Assembly (NCBI GenBank): GCA_951406725.2
Contig: OX597826.1
Location: forward strand, 47,864,001-47,928,000
DNA: 64,000 nt
From: Octopus vulgaris
Taxonomy: Eukaryota
Direction: 5' to 3'
Shown here: one piece after another, positions 40,571-54,271 of the stretch
Numbering within the stretch: the first letter of the stretch is position 1
Layout: every line of letters begins with the position of its first letter
Notes under the pieces: generated by a model
Databases searched by the model: none
Seen by the model: the letters and a program-made list of their open reading frames with translations, nothing else
Told to the model about the DNA's origin: nothing
Position numbers and translations under genes: made by a program

Positions 40571-40979
40571 TATCTAGAGCAAAAACGCCTGGTGGAGTTT
40601 AACTCATCAGGTTAAACCCATTTCTACGTCTATGTGGACTAGAGCAATGTAAAACGAAGTGTTTTTCTCAAAAACACAACACACAGCCTGGTCCAGGGAT
40701 CAAAACAGCAATGTTATGATCGTGAGTCTGACACCCTAACCACTAAGCCATGTGCTTCCATGGAAAATGGATACATAAGAATAAATTCAAATATAAAATA
40801 GAAGCAATGCTAATGTTATAAACCATACCAATCACACAAACTTAATGCACATGATCCGTGTATTTGCTGGAAGGCTGCGATTTGGTATGATGGAGGTGAC
40901 TCTCTCAAAGTATTGCGTGTTAAAGCACCTGAAAGTCATGGAGAAGCAAGACAACTCATTTCCAACGCCATTCAGGAGT

Positions 40980-41211
40980 ATTCTTTTGGTATCATATCTG
41001 TGTTGAAATATACTGCCTATATTTCAATTAAATTTCAAAATAATAAAGAATTTACTGAAATAAGTTTGTCATTATTAATCTGGTGTTTGAAATAATAAAT
41101 TAACATGAAATTTTAATGGAAAATTTTCACTTCAATTGCTCAAAAACAAGAGATTTGCATCATAGAATCGAAATCAGTCTTAGGCAAGTTGGTGGCATCA
41201 AAATGGTTAAA
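40980..41211. mobile_element. old AT-rich MITE-like repeat, second copy at 46920-47110
   Basis: Shared TGTTGAAATATACTGC...AAGAATTTA.TGAAATAA.TTT.TCATTATTAA; ends ...CAAAATGGTTAA. Confidence 0.55.
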
Positions 41212-42032
41212 CTTTTCCATGACATCCAAATTCAATGTCCTTTGTAAACTGCTGCTACATCACACCATTGCAGACCAATTATAGTCCATTGGCACCTTAG
41301 ACATCTTAGAATTAAATGTTTTTTTTTCTTCCAAAGAATAAAGAGAAATTCTAAATTCAAATTAATTACATTCACCCACTTCCAAGCACCATTACTTAAT
41401 TCAGTTCCTGGTCTTTTACTTTCTGTTTCCTCAGTTTTCATCAGTTTTCTGTCTCTTATTTATTCCCACCCCACAATTCCTATTTGTGCTTTTTTCTTCT
41501 TGCTTATTTGCATCTTAATTTTTTTTTTGTTTGAAGTCTTTACAAATCTCTTTCTCTTCTTTTCCTTTTCTATTGCTGTCTTACTAACACTCAATTTGTT
41601 ATCCTCTCTCACACTCTTCCTACTCTCCTCGAACTGATTCTCCCTCTATCTCTTTCTTCTTTTTCTCTGTTTCTCTCAATATATAGCTTTGTAAATATTT
41701 CTTTCTCTTTCTATTACTCTCGCCTCTCATCCCGTCTCTATCCATATAAATAAATAAGTAGATAAGAATATCTTGAAGAAAATTATCGTTGTTCCAAAAC
41801 AATTCAAACAAATATATATATATACATTCATATATATATATACATGAATATTCATAGATAAATACATACAAATATACATGCATACATAGATACATATAAA
41901 TACATATATACATACATACATACATACATACATAATACATACATACATTCATACATACACACATACATACATACATGTGTATATGTGTGCATGTATGCAT
42001 ATGTACATTTCGATAGAAAGATAAGCAAATGC

Positions 42033-42080
<48 letters not shown>

Positions 42081-42204
42081 GTTAACAAAGATTTAAAGAA
42101 TATTATTAACAGAAAGAAACAAACAACTTGGGGATTTATTTTGAAGAAATAGAAATATTTTCATGTTGTGAATCAAACATTAACAACATCAACAACCACT
42201 AGTC

Positions 42205-42260
<56 letters not shown>

Positions 42261-42261
42261 T

Positions 42262-42319
<58 letters not shown>

Positions 42320-42479
42320 AAAGAAAGTGTGACATAAACGGAGTCTTAAAAGCAAAATAAAGAATTATATGTTTGTAAAATAAAAAATCAAATATTAAAA
42401 AAGCCAACAAATATGAACTGAGAAAAAAAAATTGGTATCAATGCGTTTTATTGATTCTGAGAGATATAAGGCATAGGTA

Positions 42480-42520
<41 letters not shown>

Positions 42521-42879
42521 AAAAGAGAGAGACAGAGTAACAAATACACACATAAGCAAGAGTGGGGGGGAGAAAGTGAGAAAAAGAGAGCAGGGAGTGA
42601 GAGAGTAAGGAGAAGAAGGGAGGGAAGAGTTAGGTTTCTCTACGGTTGTTTCACACCTTACATACTTTGTAATGCTTTAGTATAGTTGTTGGTACCAATG
42701 TCAGAGAGAATGTGATGGGGAGGGGAGAGTTTGGTGAGGATCTGAATAAGGAAAAAAGAAGGAGGAGTAGGAAAGGGGTGGAGGAAGTGAGAAAGAGAGG
42801 AGTGGGTGGGAAGAAAAGAATGAAACAAAGTTGTGGTGATGGTGCAATGTGTGTGTGTGTATACATACACATATAAATA

Positions 42880-42916
<37 letters not shown>

Positions 42917-43142
42917 TTATATTTGCTCGTAAATATACACGTATACATACATGCATACATATATATTTTTGTACATATGTATCTGCATATGCATATACAT
43001 ATATATATGCATAAATATATATGCATATAAATATTTATGTAACATGTTTTTATACATATAAATACATATAAATATGCATATATATATGTATGAGTGTGTG
43101 TGTGCATAAAGAGAAAAAGAGAAATAGGTGAGAGGACGTGTG

Positions 43143-43179
<37 letters not shown>

Positions 43180-43212
43180 CATACACACACACACGTATAT
43201 ATATATGAGAAT

Positions 43213-43245
<33 letters not shown>

Positions 43246-43816
43246 CACACCACTAAAAAGAAAGTGAAGGAATGATAGTGATAGAATTAGGGAAAGAGTG
43301 AGAGATCATAAGAAAGGGAAAGAGCTAAAGTATGAGACAGCAATAAAGAAAGTGAAAAAGACATAAAAAAGAAGAAAAATGAAGGAGGGAAGATGTTTCC
43401 ATTAGTTGTAGTGGTGGTGGGAGGGGGGTGAAGGAGAAGAAGTGCCTGCCAGAAAGGTGTGAATCTGGAAAAAGGTGAGAGCATATTTTATTAAAAGTCA
43501 GTTCAGGCACCAAACAGAATGTAACCAACAAGAGAGGTGCCGAAGTTGTTTGATAAAGTTGCATATGATGTGAAGGTCGGGGGGCCAGGAGATGTGCGCG
43601 TGTTTTAGTGAGTGTATGTATTCGTGTACCTGTGTATTTGTGTGTGTGTGTGTGTGTAAATGTGTGTGTGTATAGTTGCTAAGTTGTTTTGTTGCGAAAC
43701 AGTGGAGGTGATGAGGAGGCTGGATGAAGTGCGGGAAGAGAACTAAGACTACTTAGAGATGACAGAAAAGAGAAAGTAACTCTAAATAGACACAGTAAGA
43801 AAGATAAAGAAACATA

Positions 43817-43877
<61 letters not shown>

Positions 43878-43989
43878 TGTGTGTGAGAGAGAGAAGGCAA
43901 GGAGAAGTAGGAAGAATATAAAGAAGTGCTAAAAGTGAGAAAGATGAGCAGAACAAAAGAAAACCAAAAATAATAATATATTTACATAC

Positions 43990-44066
<77 letters not shown>

Positions 44067-44092
44067 GCACATACCACTATATTTGTATATAT

Positions 44093-44128
<36 letters not shown>

Positions 44129-44759
44129 GCAGATGGTGAGAAAAACGTTTGCGCTGCTGTTTTTTGCCTTTTCTTTTGTGGTATTGAAGAGAAAGATAAT
44201 TGGTCTTATTTCAAGTTAACCCTTAATCATTCCATTGTATATAAGAATATATATATATGTAAGTATGCACACACACACATACAAGTGTTTATGCATGTAT
44301 ATATGTGTAATATACATACATCCTAACATACATACATATATATATATATATATGATGGAACCAGTGATATTTTTGTATGAATGATGAGCTAAACTGAAAC
44401 AAAAAGAACGGAAAAAAAGACAAATAAAAATATGTTTAAAAAAAAAAACCAACGTAACATCATAGGAACAAAAAAAAAGTAAAAGAATATAATTTAGTAG
44501 ATTTTTATGTGCAGAATAAAAGACCAGTTTTCTTAATCAATTAAAGCGTTTCAGTATCGGCTGAAGTCAGGATAATCCAATAATGCAAAAATGGTAACGA
44601 ATTAATAGAGTGAATGAAGAACAAGAAAAATACAAAGGTCACATCAATTTTCAATTAATTTCAATTAAGAATATCCTCTTACACTTCTTATTGCCTCTGC
44701 TTTCGCTTGTTTTTGTTGACGCAACTTTTCTTTTTAAATTTTTAGTTGTGCTTTGCATA

Positions 44760-44871
44760 TAACAGCTGTTGTTGTTATTGTTGTTGTTGATGATGTTATT
44801 GTTGTTAAAGGTGCATGTGTTACTGTTACAACTGTTGTTGTTTTGTTTACATTGATGATCTTCATTAATTT

Positions 44872-44909
<38 letters not shown>

Positions 44910-45088
44910 GATTATGTTGTTGATAGTGGTGTATTTGTTGTTGTTACTGTTATTGTTTTTCTTGTTGTTGTTGTTGTTGTTGCAGCTATCTTCTTTGTTA
45001 TTGTTGATGGCATGCTGGTAGTGGTAGGGTGGTGGCTGTTGTTGTTGAGACAGTAGTAGTAGTGGTAGCAGTAGCAGTAGTAGTAGCA

Positions 45089-45125
<37 letters not shown>

Positions 45126-45610
45126 CAGCACTAGCAGCAGCAGTGGTAGCTATTGTTGTTGAGATAGTAGTAGTAGCGGTAGTGGTAGAAGTAGTAGTAG
45201 TAGTAGAAGTAGTAGTAGTAGTGGTGGTGGTGGTGGTGGTGGTAGTGGTAGTAATAGTAGTAGTAGCAGTAGTAGTAGTAGTTGTTGTTGTAGCAGCAGC
45301 AGCAGCAAGTAGCATCAGCAGCACTAGCAGTAATAGTAGCATTAGTGGTAGCAGCAGCAGTGGTAGCAGCAGCGGTGGTAGCCACAGCAGCAACAGTTGT
45401 TGTAGTAGGAGTAGCAGCAGTGATGGTGATGATGATGGTGATGGTGATGTTGATGGTGGTGGTGGTGGTGATGGTGGTAGTACTTTTGATGGTAGTGGAA
45501 GTGGTGTTGGTGGTAGTAGTAGTAGTGATAGTGGTGGAGGTGGTGCTAGTAGTGATAGTTGTGGTGATGGTTGTGGTGGTGGTGGTGATTGTACTGTCAG
45601 TGGTAATAGT
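44760..45610. repeat. compound (GTT)/(GTA)/(GCA)/(GGT) trinucleotide field
   Basis: Direct inspection. Confidence 0.95.
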
Positions 45611-47254
45611 GCTGCTAGTACTTATATATGTTGTCTTGCTCCACTTAGATGGAGTACTGTAATCAATAGTATTCCATCCATCACCCCTCCCCTCTATCAA
45701 ATGTATCCTTCAGCTAAAAGTGATTGAGTGCAATATGAAGGACTTTTGGTACCCATTTCTATCAGGTCGAGCAACCACATCGAGAAACTCCCTTGTTAGT
45801 TCAGTATATTGCTGGTACCAATTACCAAAATATCAGTTGTTTTTATTATATATTGGTACTGCTGCTGTCCTCTTCTTCTTCCAATCAGGACTCACGCCAT
45901 TAGCCACAAAGAATAATCTCTAATTCGAGCCTACTCTAAGCTTCTAAGAGTGCGTGTGGCAACTTGAAGATCCACCCACCACACACGATAGACTGGCGGT
46001 TGCACGGGCGCGAAAGCTACGTTGTTATCCTCATTCTGTAAATGGTGGCTTTTTAACGGGTGGAGAGCTGAACCATCCTGGGGTACAGAGGATTCGCAAT
46101 CTAGACTAGGGTCTGAAAGTTTACCACACCATAGTGGGCTACACCATGGTTCCTCTGCTTTGTGACAGAAGTAGGAAGAAAGAGTGAGAGAAAGTTGTGG
46201 TGAAAGAGTACAGCAGGTTTCACCCCACCCCCGTTGGAGCCTCGTGGAGCTTAGGTGTTTTTGCTCAATAAACACTCACAACGCCCAGTCTGGGAATTGA
46301 AACCGCATTCTTACGACCGCGAATCCGCTGCCCTAACCCTGGTCTATTGCCCCTCCACTGCTGCAGTTGTTGCTGTTATTTCTGCATTGCTACAGATTAG
46401 CATAGATTAAGCTGTCCAATGGAATAAAGGTTATCCAATGAAAGACAAGGCATGATTCACAGATCCACTTTCCTGATTATGCTGTGTCTCCCACCTAGTT
46501 GAACACCAAACTGCACATGTCTATGTGCAGTGACGAACTGTTTAAAAATGCAATGCAACAACCTGAATATGCTGCACAGTCTCCTGTCTCTTCGCTCTCC
46601 AATATACTTCTATATGCTCCAAGATTTCGATGGCAGCGTCAGTAGAGGTAAACAAGGAGGTAGGGGCCAGTTAAATTGTTATAGACACTACCTGTCTGTC
46701 ATTTATGCGGGGACGCAAGCCACAACAATATTTTAGGAGCTTATGAGATTAAGGATTTTATCATTAAGTTTGTGTGTTTCTTATAGTTGTCTAACTTGTA
46801 TAAGAATGACAGTTTTTTTTTCACCCCCAAAAGTTCTCTGAAATATTCTAGATGATTCTAAGTGTTTAGAAATGTTTTTGTTTTGTTATTTTTTTCATAG
46901 AGTGATGAGGACTGTGATCTTTAATTCGTTTGTTACTAAATTTCTGTTGAAATATACTGCTTTTGATTTAATTAATTATTAAGTAATGAAGAATTTAGTG
47001 AAATAATTTTATCATTATTAAGCTAGAGTTTGGAATAAATTATAAAATTTTAATGACTGATTTTAACTCAGATCACTTTAGGAATTAAGGAAGCTATACT
47101 CATACACAGACTAGGGCCCCAAATTAACAACAGGCTGGAGGTTGGTAATTAATACATTATTTAGATATGTCTAGATGCGTATAGGTTCATTTTTGATAAT
47201 ATGCTCATCTGTCCTTCTTTGTCCCCTCTGTGTTTAGCTCCTAGTAGGCAACAA

Positions 47255-47288
<34 letters not shown>

Positions 47289-47289
<1 letters not shown>

Positions 47290-47490
47290 TGCTTTATTGA
47301 TAAAGCTGCAAAGACATCACAAAAGCTGTTACTCAGAGTTTCACGTTCCTTGTTCGTCGGACAGTTTTGGTTGAAAATGGAACAAAAAATAAGGTTGTTC
47401 CATTCCCAACCCAAACTGTCCAATGAACAGGGACGTGAAACTCTGAGTAACAGTTTTTGTGATGTCTTTGCAGCTTTATTGATAAAGCAT
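47289..47490. mobile_element. 202-bp fold-back element carrying two inverted minimal hammerhead-like motifs
   Basis: ~95-bp arms; each arm reads AACTGT-C(C/A)..(CCGACGA or CCAATGA)-stemII-GAAAC-TCTGA-GTA-ACAG. Confidence 0.7.
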
Positions 47491-47592
47491 ATTACTCTAC
47501 CTCTGGTATACAAGTACTATTTTCCCCACCTTGTTTCACATTTATGTGCTTAATCTAGTATATATACTCATATATATATGCATGTATATATA

Positions 47593-47829
47593 TACTCTTT
47601 TACTCTTTACTCTTTTACTTGTTTCAGTCATTTGACTGCGGCCATGCTGGAGCACCGCCTTTAGTCGAGCAAGTCGACCCCGGGAATTATTCTTTGTAAG
47701 CCCAGTACTTATTCTATCGGTCTCTTTTGCCGAACCGCTAAGTGACGGGGACGTAAACACACCAGCATCGGTTGTCAAGCAATTCTAGGGGGACAAACAC
47801 AGACACACAAACACACACACATACATATA

Positions 47830-47868
<39 letters not shown>

Positions 47869-48028
47869 CAGGCTTCTTTCAGTTTCCGTCTACCAAATCC
47901 ACTCACAAGGCATTGGTCGGCCCGGGGCTATAGCAGAAGACACTTGCCCAAGGTGCCATGCAGTGGGACTGAACCCGGAACCATGTGGTTAGTTAGCAAG
48001 CTACTTACCACAGAGCCACTCCTGCGCC
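47593..48028 (-). mobile_element. SINE family A, young full-length copy
   Basis: Head to tail match. Confidence 0.9.
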
Positions 48029-48446
48029 TATATATGTGTATATATATATATGTGAATATATATATATGTGTATATATATTTGTGAAGGTACATGGCTCAG
48101 TGGTTAGAGCATCAAGCTTACGATCATAAGGTTGTGAGTTCAATTCCCGGACCGGGCTGCGTGTTGTGTTCTTGAGCAAGACACTTTATTTCACGTTGCT
48201 CCAGTTCACTCAGCTGTAGAAATGAATTGTGACATCACTGGTGTCAAGCTGTATCAGCTTTTGCTTTTCCCTTGGCTAACAACGGTGGCATGGAGAAGGG
48301 AGGCTGGCATGCATGGGTGACAGCTGGTCTTCCATAAAAAACACTAGGTTGTGCGTTCGCATGTGAAGCGACTTTCCGTCCAGACTTGAACACCAGAGGG
48401 GAACCTCTTAGGTACACTCATGGTCATTCATGACTGACGGAGTCGA

Positions 48447-48687
48447 AGGAGTGGCTGTGTGGTAAGTAGCTTGCTTACGAACCACATGGTTCCGGGTTCA
48501 GTACCACTGTGTGGCACCTTGGGCAAGTGTCTTTTACCTTGGACAACACTTTGATGGTATTGGTTCCTTTGGGTCTGTTGTAAAACCTGTATAAGGGTGG
48601 GATTATCATCATAGCCTCTACTATAGCCTCAGGCCAACCAAAATATTGTGAGTGGATTTGGCAGACGGAAAATGAAAGAAGCCTGTC

Positions 48688-48770
<83 letters not shown>

Positions 48771-49035
48771 TGTATGTATGTATGTATGTATGTATGTATG
48801 TATGTATGTATGTATGTTTCTGTGTCTGTGTTTGTCTCCTGCTCAATATTGCTTGACAACCAATGCTGGTATGCTTACATCCCCGTACGTTAGCGGTTCA
48901 ACAAAGAGACTGATAGAATAAGTTCTAGGCTTACAAAGAATAAGTCCTGGGGTCAATTTGCTCGACTAAAGGCGGTGCTCCAGCATGGCTGCAGTCAAAT
49001 GACTGAAGCAAATAAAAGAATAATAGAATAAAAGA
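48447..49035 (+). mobile_element. SINE family A with ~83-bp foreign insertion
   Basis: Consensus interrupted between GTGTCTT and CTACTATAGCC. Confidence 0.85.
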
Positions 49036-49521
49036 ATATATAAATATATGTGTGTGTGTGTGTGTGTTGTGTGTGTGTATGTGTGTATATATGTATATAT
49101 ATTCCTCCTCAGTTCCCTCCTTAACACACCACACTTCTGATTCTTCCAGTCACTCACCTCTTTGTCCTTTTTAATACATAAATATTCTCTATGCTCACTC
49201 TCCTTACCCTTCATTTTACTTACTCTCCTCTACATGCTCCCTTTGACATATACTCTCTCTCTTTCTCCACCCTCTCTCTCTCTCTCTTTCCGTGACACAT
49301 CAAGTTTCTATCCCTTCTCTCTTTCTCCCACCCCCTCTCTCTCCCTTTTTCTCTCTCTCTCCTTCTCTCTCTCTCTCTCTCTCTTTCCATGTCACTTAAA
49401 CTTTCTATTCCATTTGCTCACCTTAAAAGCGTTGTCATTTTTTAATAAGTTTCCATCTCACACTCTCCACCATTTCCTCCTCCCCACTCTCTTTCTCTCT
49501 CTCTCTCCTTGTCTCTCACTC

Positions 49522-49555
<34 letters not shown>

Positions 49556-49717
49556 CCACTCTTTCATGATTCCCCTTTCGATGCCAGCTAAGTGGAGGAG
49601 AGCCATATTCTACACATACAGTTCCAGGCTATTATTGACATTTTCTAAACACTTCGTCTTAGAAAATGTTTCATCTTTTGCTACTTCTGAACGATTCTTG
49701 ACTTCCCGCCTACCCAC

Positions 49718-50337
49718 CTGTCACCACCACCACCACCACCACCACCACTGTCACCAATATCCAAACCATCATTGTCAGAATGTTCCACCACCACCACTGC
49801 CACCACCACCACCATTACCACTGTCACCAATGCCTAAACCATCATTGTCACAATGTCTTACACCACCACCACCACCACTGCCATCACGACCACCACGACC
49901 ACCACCACTACTGCCATCACCACCACCACCACCATCACTGCCATCGCCACCACAACCACTACCACCGTCACCAATATCCAAACCATCATTGTCACAATGT
50001 CTTCCACCACCACCACCACCACCACCACTACCATCACCATCACCACCACCACCACCACCACCACCACCATCACTGTCATCACCACTACCACTACCACCAC
50101 TGTCGCCAATGTCTAAACCATCATTGTCACAATATCATCCACCACCACCACCACCACTGCCATCACCATCACTACTACCACCACCACCACCACCACTACT
50201 GCCATCACTACCACCACCACCACCACCATCACTGTCATCACCACTACCACTACCACCGTCACCAATATCCAAACCATCATTGTCACAATGTCTTCCACCA
50301 CCACTATTACTACTACTACTACTACTACTACTACTAT

Positions 50338-50382
<45 letters not shown>

Positions 50383-50400
50383 CATCACTTCCACCGCAAC
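49718..50400. repeat. higher-order minisatellite within (CCA)n
   Basis: Unit GTCACCAATATCCAAACCATCATTGTCACAATGT repeated 5 times, separated by variable (CCA)n. Confidence 0.9.
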
Positions 50401-51096
50401 CACAATCTGACGTACAATGTCTTGATTACTACTACAACACAGCTACAACATTACTTTTATTACAACTACTATTGATACAAACAACCACCACCACTAATAC
50501 TGCAACCGAAACAGTACTAACAACCACTTGCATCAACACTTGCATAACCATCATCATCAACACATCTACTACTATCCCTGCCGACACAGTCACCACTACC
50601 ACCACCACCACCACTACCACCATCATCATCATTATCATCATCATCATCACTACCACCACTATTATTACCACCCACAGCCGCCGCCGCCACCACCACCACC
50701 ACCATCACCACCACCACCACCACAGTCATCATGACCATTACAATTGCTGTCATGTTTAACGCAACAGCTAGCATCGTCACCACTACCACTACCATCGTCG
50801 ACATAAACCATCAGCACCACCAGCACTACCAACAACATCAAGTCTACCGTAATTATCACTACCACTACTATTACTGCCACCGCTACCACTAAGTGTCATC
50901 GTTACCACTGTCATCAAACACAACCGCCGCCATCGTCACCGACGACCTCATCAACACCACCACCGCCACCACTGCCACCACCGCCACCACTGCCACCGCC
51001 ACCATGATTCCCAATTCCAATGATTTAACTGGCATCGATATGAATGGAAATGGAGAGAGTGTATTGGGGGTGTGGACGGGAGAGAGGGGAGAAACA

Positions 51097-51148
<52 letters not shown>

Positions 51149-51781
51149 AAAAGAAAGAAAGAAAGGAAGGAAGGAAGAAAGAAAGAAAGAAAGAAAGAAA
51201 GGGGGAAAGAGAGAAAGGAAGGAAGAAAGACAGAAAGGAAGAAAGAGAGAGAAGGGAAGAGAAAGCAAGAAAGAATGAAAGAAAGAAAAGTGAAAGAAAG
51301 AAAGAAAGAGAAGGAAAGAAAAAGAGAGAAAAGAGAGAGAGAAAAGGAGAAAGAAAGAAAGACAAGGAGAGAAGGAAAGAAAGGAAGAGAGAGAAAGTAG
51401 GGAAGAAAGAAAGGAAGGAAGAGAGAGAGAGAGAAAGTAGGAAAGAAAGAAAGGGGGTGACAGTGAAGAAAGAGGAAGAGAAATGGGGAAAGAAAGGGAG
51501 TGAGAGAGAGAGGGAGAGAAAGAGAGAGAGAGAGAGAGAAAGAGAGAAGGATGAGGTGAAGGAGGAGAGGGGGCGAGGGGAGATGGATGAGAAGAAAAGA
51601 GGGAAAAAATAAAATCCGAAATTTAAAAAAAAAAAAAGAAAAAAGGAACTAAAAGAAACACCAAAGACAAAACAAAACAAAACAAAACAAAAACAACTAA
51701 CAAACACGAAGAAGACAAAGAGACAAACAAAACACACAAATAAATAAATAAATAAATAAAACAAATCCTACGATTTCTCCC

Positions 51782-52140
51782 GATCCACCACTACCACCAC
51801 CACCACCACTACCACCACCACCACCACCACCACCACCACCACCACCACCACCGCCACCACTACCACCACCACCACCACCGCCACCACTACCACCACCACC
51901 ACCACCGCCACCACCACCACCACCACCACCACCACCACCACCACCACCACCACCACCACCACCACCACCACCACCACCACCACCACCACCACCGCCACCA
52001 CCACCACCACCACCACCGCCACCACTACCACCACCACCATCACCACCGCCACAACTACCACCACCACCACCACCACCGCCGCCACCGCCACAGCCACCAC
52101 TTCCTCTCTCTTCCCCCCTCCCCACCCGCCACCGCCACCG
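51782..52140. repeat. long (CCA)n tract
   Basis: Direct inspection. Confidence 0.95.
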
Positions 52141-52418
52141 CCCCAGTCATCGTTTCCTCCTCAACCTCACATGTAATCATTTGAAAAAGGTTGACGAGCT
52201 CATTCCTTCATCTGGAAGTCCTAGCCTGCTGGCTTTCTTGTCTCTTCTTCCCTTACTTGTTGACTTTTCACTTAAGCAATCCTTCTCGACGGTTCACTGA
52301 GCATTTCACTGAAGTACCCTCCCCATGTTTTCATAATAAAAATAAGCACCGAATTCGGCCGGCAGGTATATGCTGCAGTCGATCTTGCCCTAATAAACAT
52401 GATCGTGTCGTGCGCGCG
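52141..52418. promoter_or_regulatory. CpG-containing unique island, candidate promoter or short exon
   Basis: CCGAATTCGGCCGG, several CpGs, minus-strand TCAGT initiator-like motifs and CAA|GTAAGG donor at 52256; alternative + donor CAG|GTATAT at 52366. Confidence 0.3.
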
Positions 52419-53300
52419 CACACACACACACATATGCATAAATGCATATATGCATATATGAATATATATATATAATACATACACACACATATATATATAC
52501 ATACGTATTACACATATACATGTACATATATATTATACATATAATATATATATCATATGTTATATATATATAATATTTATACATGCATATACATGTGTAT
52601 GTAAGCATATATACATAGATACAAATGTATATATATATACATATATATATATACATACATATATATATATATATGTATATGTATGTATATGTATATATAT
52701 ATATAGTTGTATTCAGACCTTTAACTTCATAACACTTCATATATTGTCAGTGTGTCGTTTATATTTTATTATATTACACACATACACACACACACACACA
52801 CACACATACAACCACACCACACCACACTATACCACACACATGCATATACACTTACATATACGCATGCATAAACTCTAAATTAGAGCTCTTTCCTTGCGTA
52901 TAAAGTCTTCAATAATATATAAACTCCATTCGTGTCTTGATACAAAGTCATACGTTCATTTATGGATTGGGTGAATCGTTAGAACGCCAGAGAAAATGCT
53001 TTGCAGAGTTGGTTACGAATCTTCACGCTGGAAGTTCAAACCTCGCTTTGGTCATGTACATGAGTCAAGGGTATCATCTAACTCCTTTCTCTCAAAATTG
53101 CTAACCTTGTGTCTAAATCAGAAAAATTTATTTTATGACGCTATTCTAGGACATTTTGGGTTATGTGGCCTTGCCAGTGCGTTATCAGAAGTCCTTAAGC
53201 ATCATTGGAGGGACACGTTTAGCTTTCGGTCAATTTTCACGCTGCTTTTCCTATGTCACACTGGCATAAGAGAACTGTTGGCAGAACTACGCAATTATAA

Positions 53301-53716
53301 GGCGGCGAGCTGGCAGAAACGTTAGCGCACCGGGCGAAATGCTTAGCGGTATTTCGTCTGCCGCTACGTTCTGAGTTCAAATTCCTCTGAGGTCGACTTT
53401 GCCTTTCATCCTTTCGGAGTCGATAAATTAAGTACCAGTTACGCACTGGGGTCGATATAATCGACTTAATCCGTTTGTCTGTCCTTGCTTGTCCTCTTTG
53501 TGTTTAGCCCCTTGTGGGTAGTAAAGAAATAGGTATTTCGTCTGCCGCTACGTTCTGAGTTCAAATTCCTCTGAAGTCGACGTTGCCTTTCATTCTTTCG
53601 GAGTCGATATATTAAGTACCAGTTACGCGCTGGGATCGATGTAATCGACTTAATCCCTTTGTCTGTCCATTTTTGTCCCCTTTATGTTTAGCTCCTTGTG
53701 GGCAATAAAGAAATAA
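53301..53716 (+). mobile_element. SINE B tandem dimer
   Basis: Same junction as other multimers; degenerate TSD AGAACTA.GC..TTATA. Confidence 0.9.
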
Positions 53717-53759
53717 GAACTATGCCGTTATAGAGCCAGATCTTTGTGCGAAGGCTGCA

Positions 53760-54120
53760 TGTGTTGGAGGACAAGATAGTGCACAGTCTCTGGAATACGA
53801 TCACATAACCATAAAGACATTCTAAAGAAAGGCAATGCAAGACCATACATCTAAATCATCGCAAAACGAAGATCAAAACTAGCAGGTCAAATGCTCCAGC
53901 TACCCACACAACGCCTTTTTAAAACAGCTTTTAAATGGACACCAATGGTGAGGAAAATAAAGAGAGGAAGGCCGAAAGCTACATGCCGCAGAACATTCTT
54001 AAATGACCTGAGAGAAATCAATATCAAAATGCCGGATGCAGAAAAAAGTGGAACCAACAGAAACCAATGGCGTCAACTTACTGGCCGATTTGTTCCGGAG
54101 CACAAGTGGTACTGAACTGA
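53760..54120 (+). mobile_element. RTE-clade LINE 3' fragment
   Basis: KRRSKLAGQMLQLPTQRLFKTAFKWTP..KIKRGRPKATCRRTFLNDL..NRNQWRQL. Confidence 0.85.
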
Positions 54121-54271
54121 TTCTACGACATTAAACGATATCAATTCTTACATGAACCTTTTCCTTCAGTTCTTTATCTATTTTTTTTTTAAGAAAAATG
54201 ATATACATTTGTTCTTGGATCTCCTTCCAGTTGACTGTATTTTAGGAATTCTTTCTGAATTTTATATCGGT

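Noticed and set aside
48084-48160. tRNA gene
   Set aside because: A and B boxes continue into a SINE body found at several loci; no complete cloverleaf.
50889-51764. 239-291 aa Lys/Glu/Arg- or Phe/Leu/Ser-rich ORFs
   Set aside because: Read-through of a GAAA/GA purine tract.
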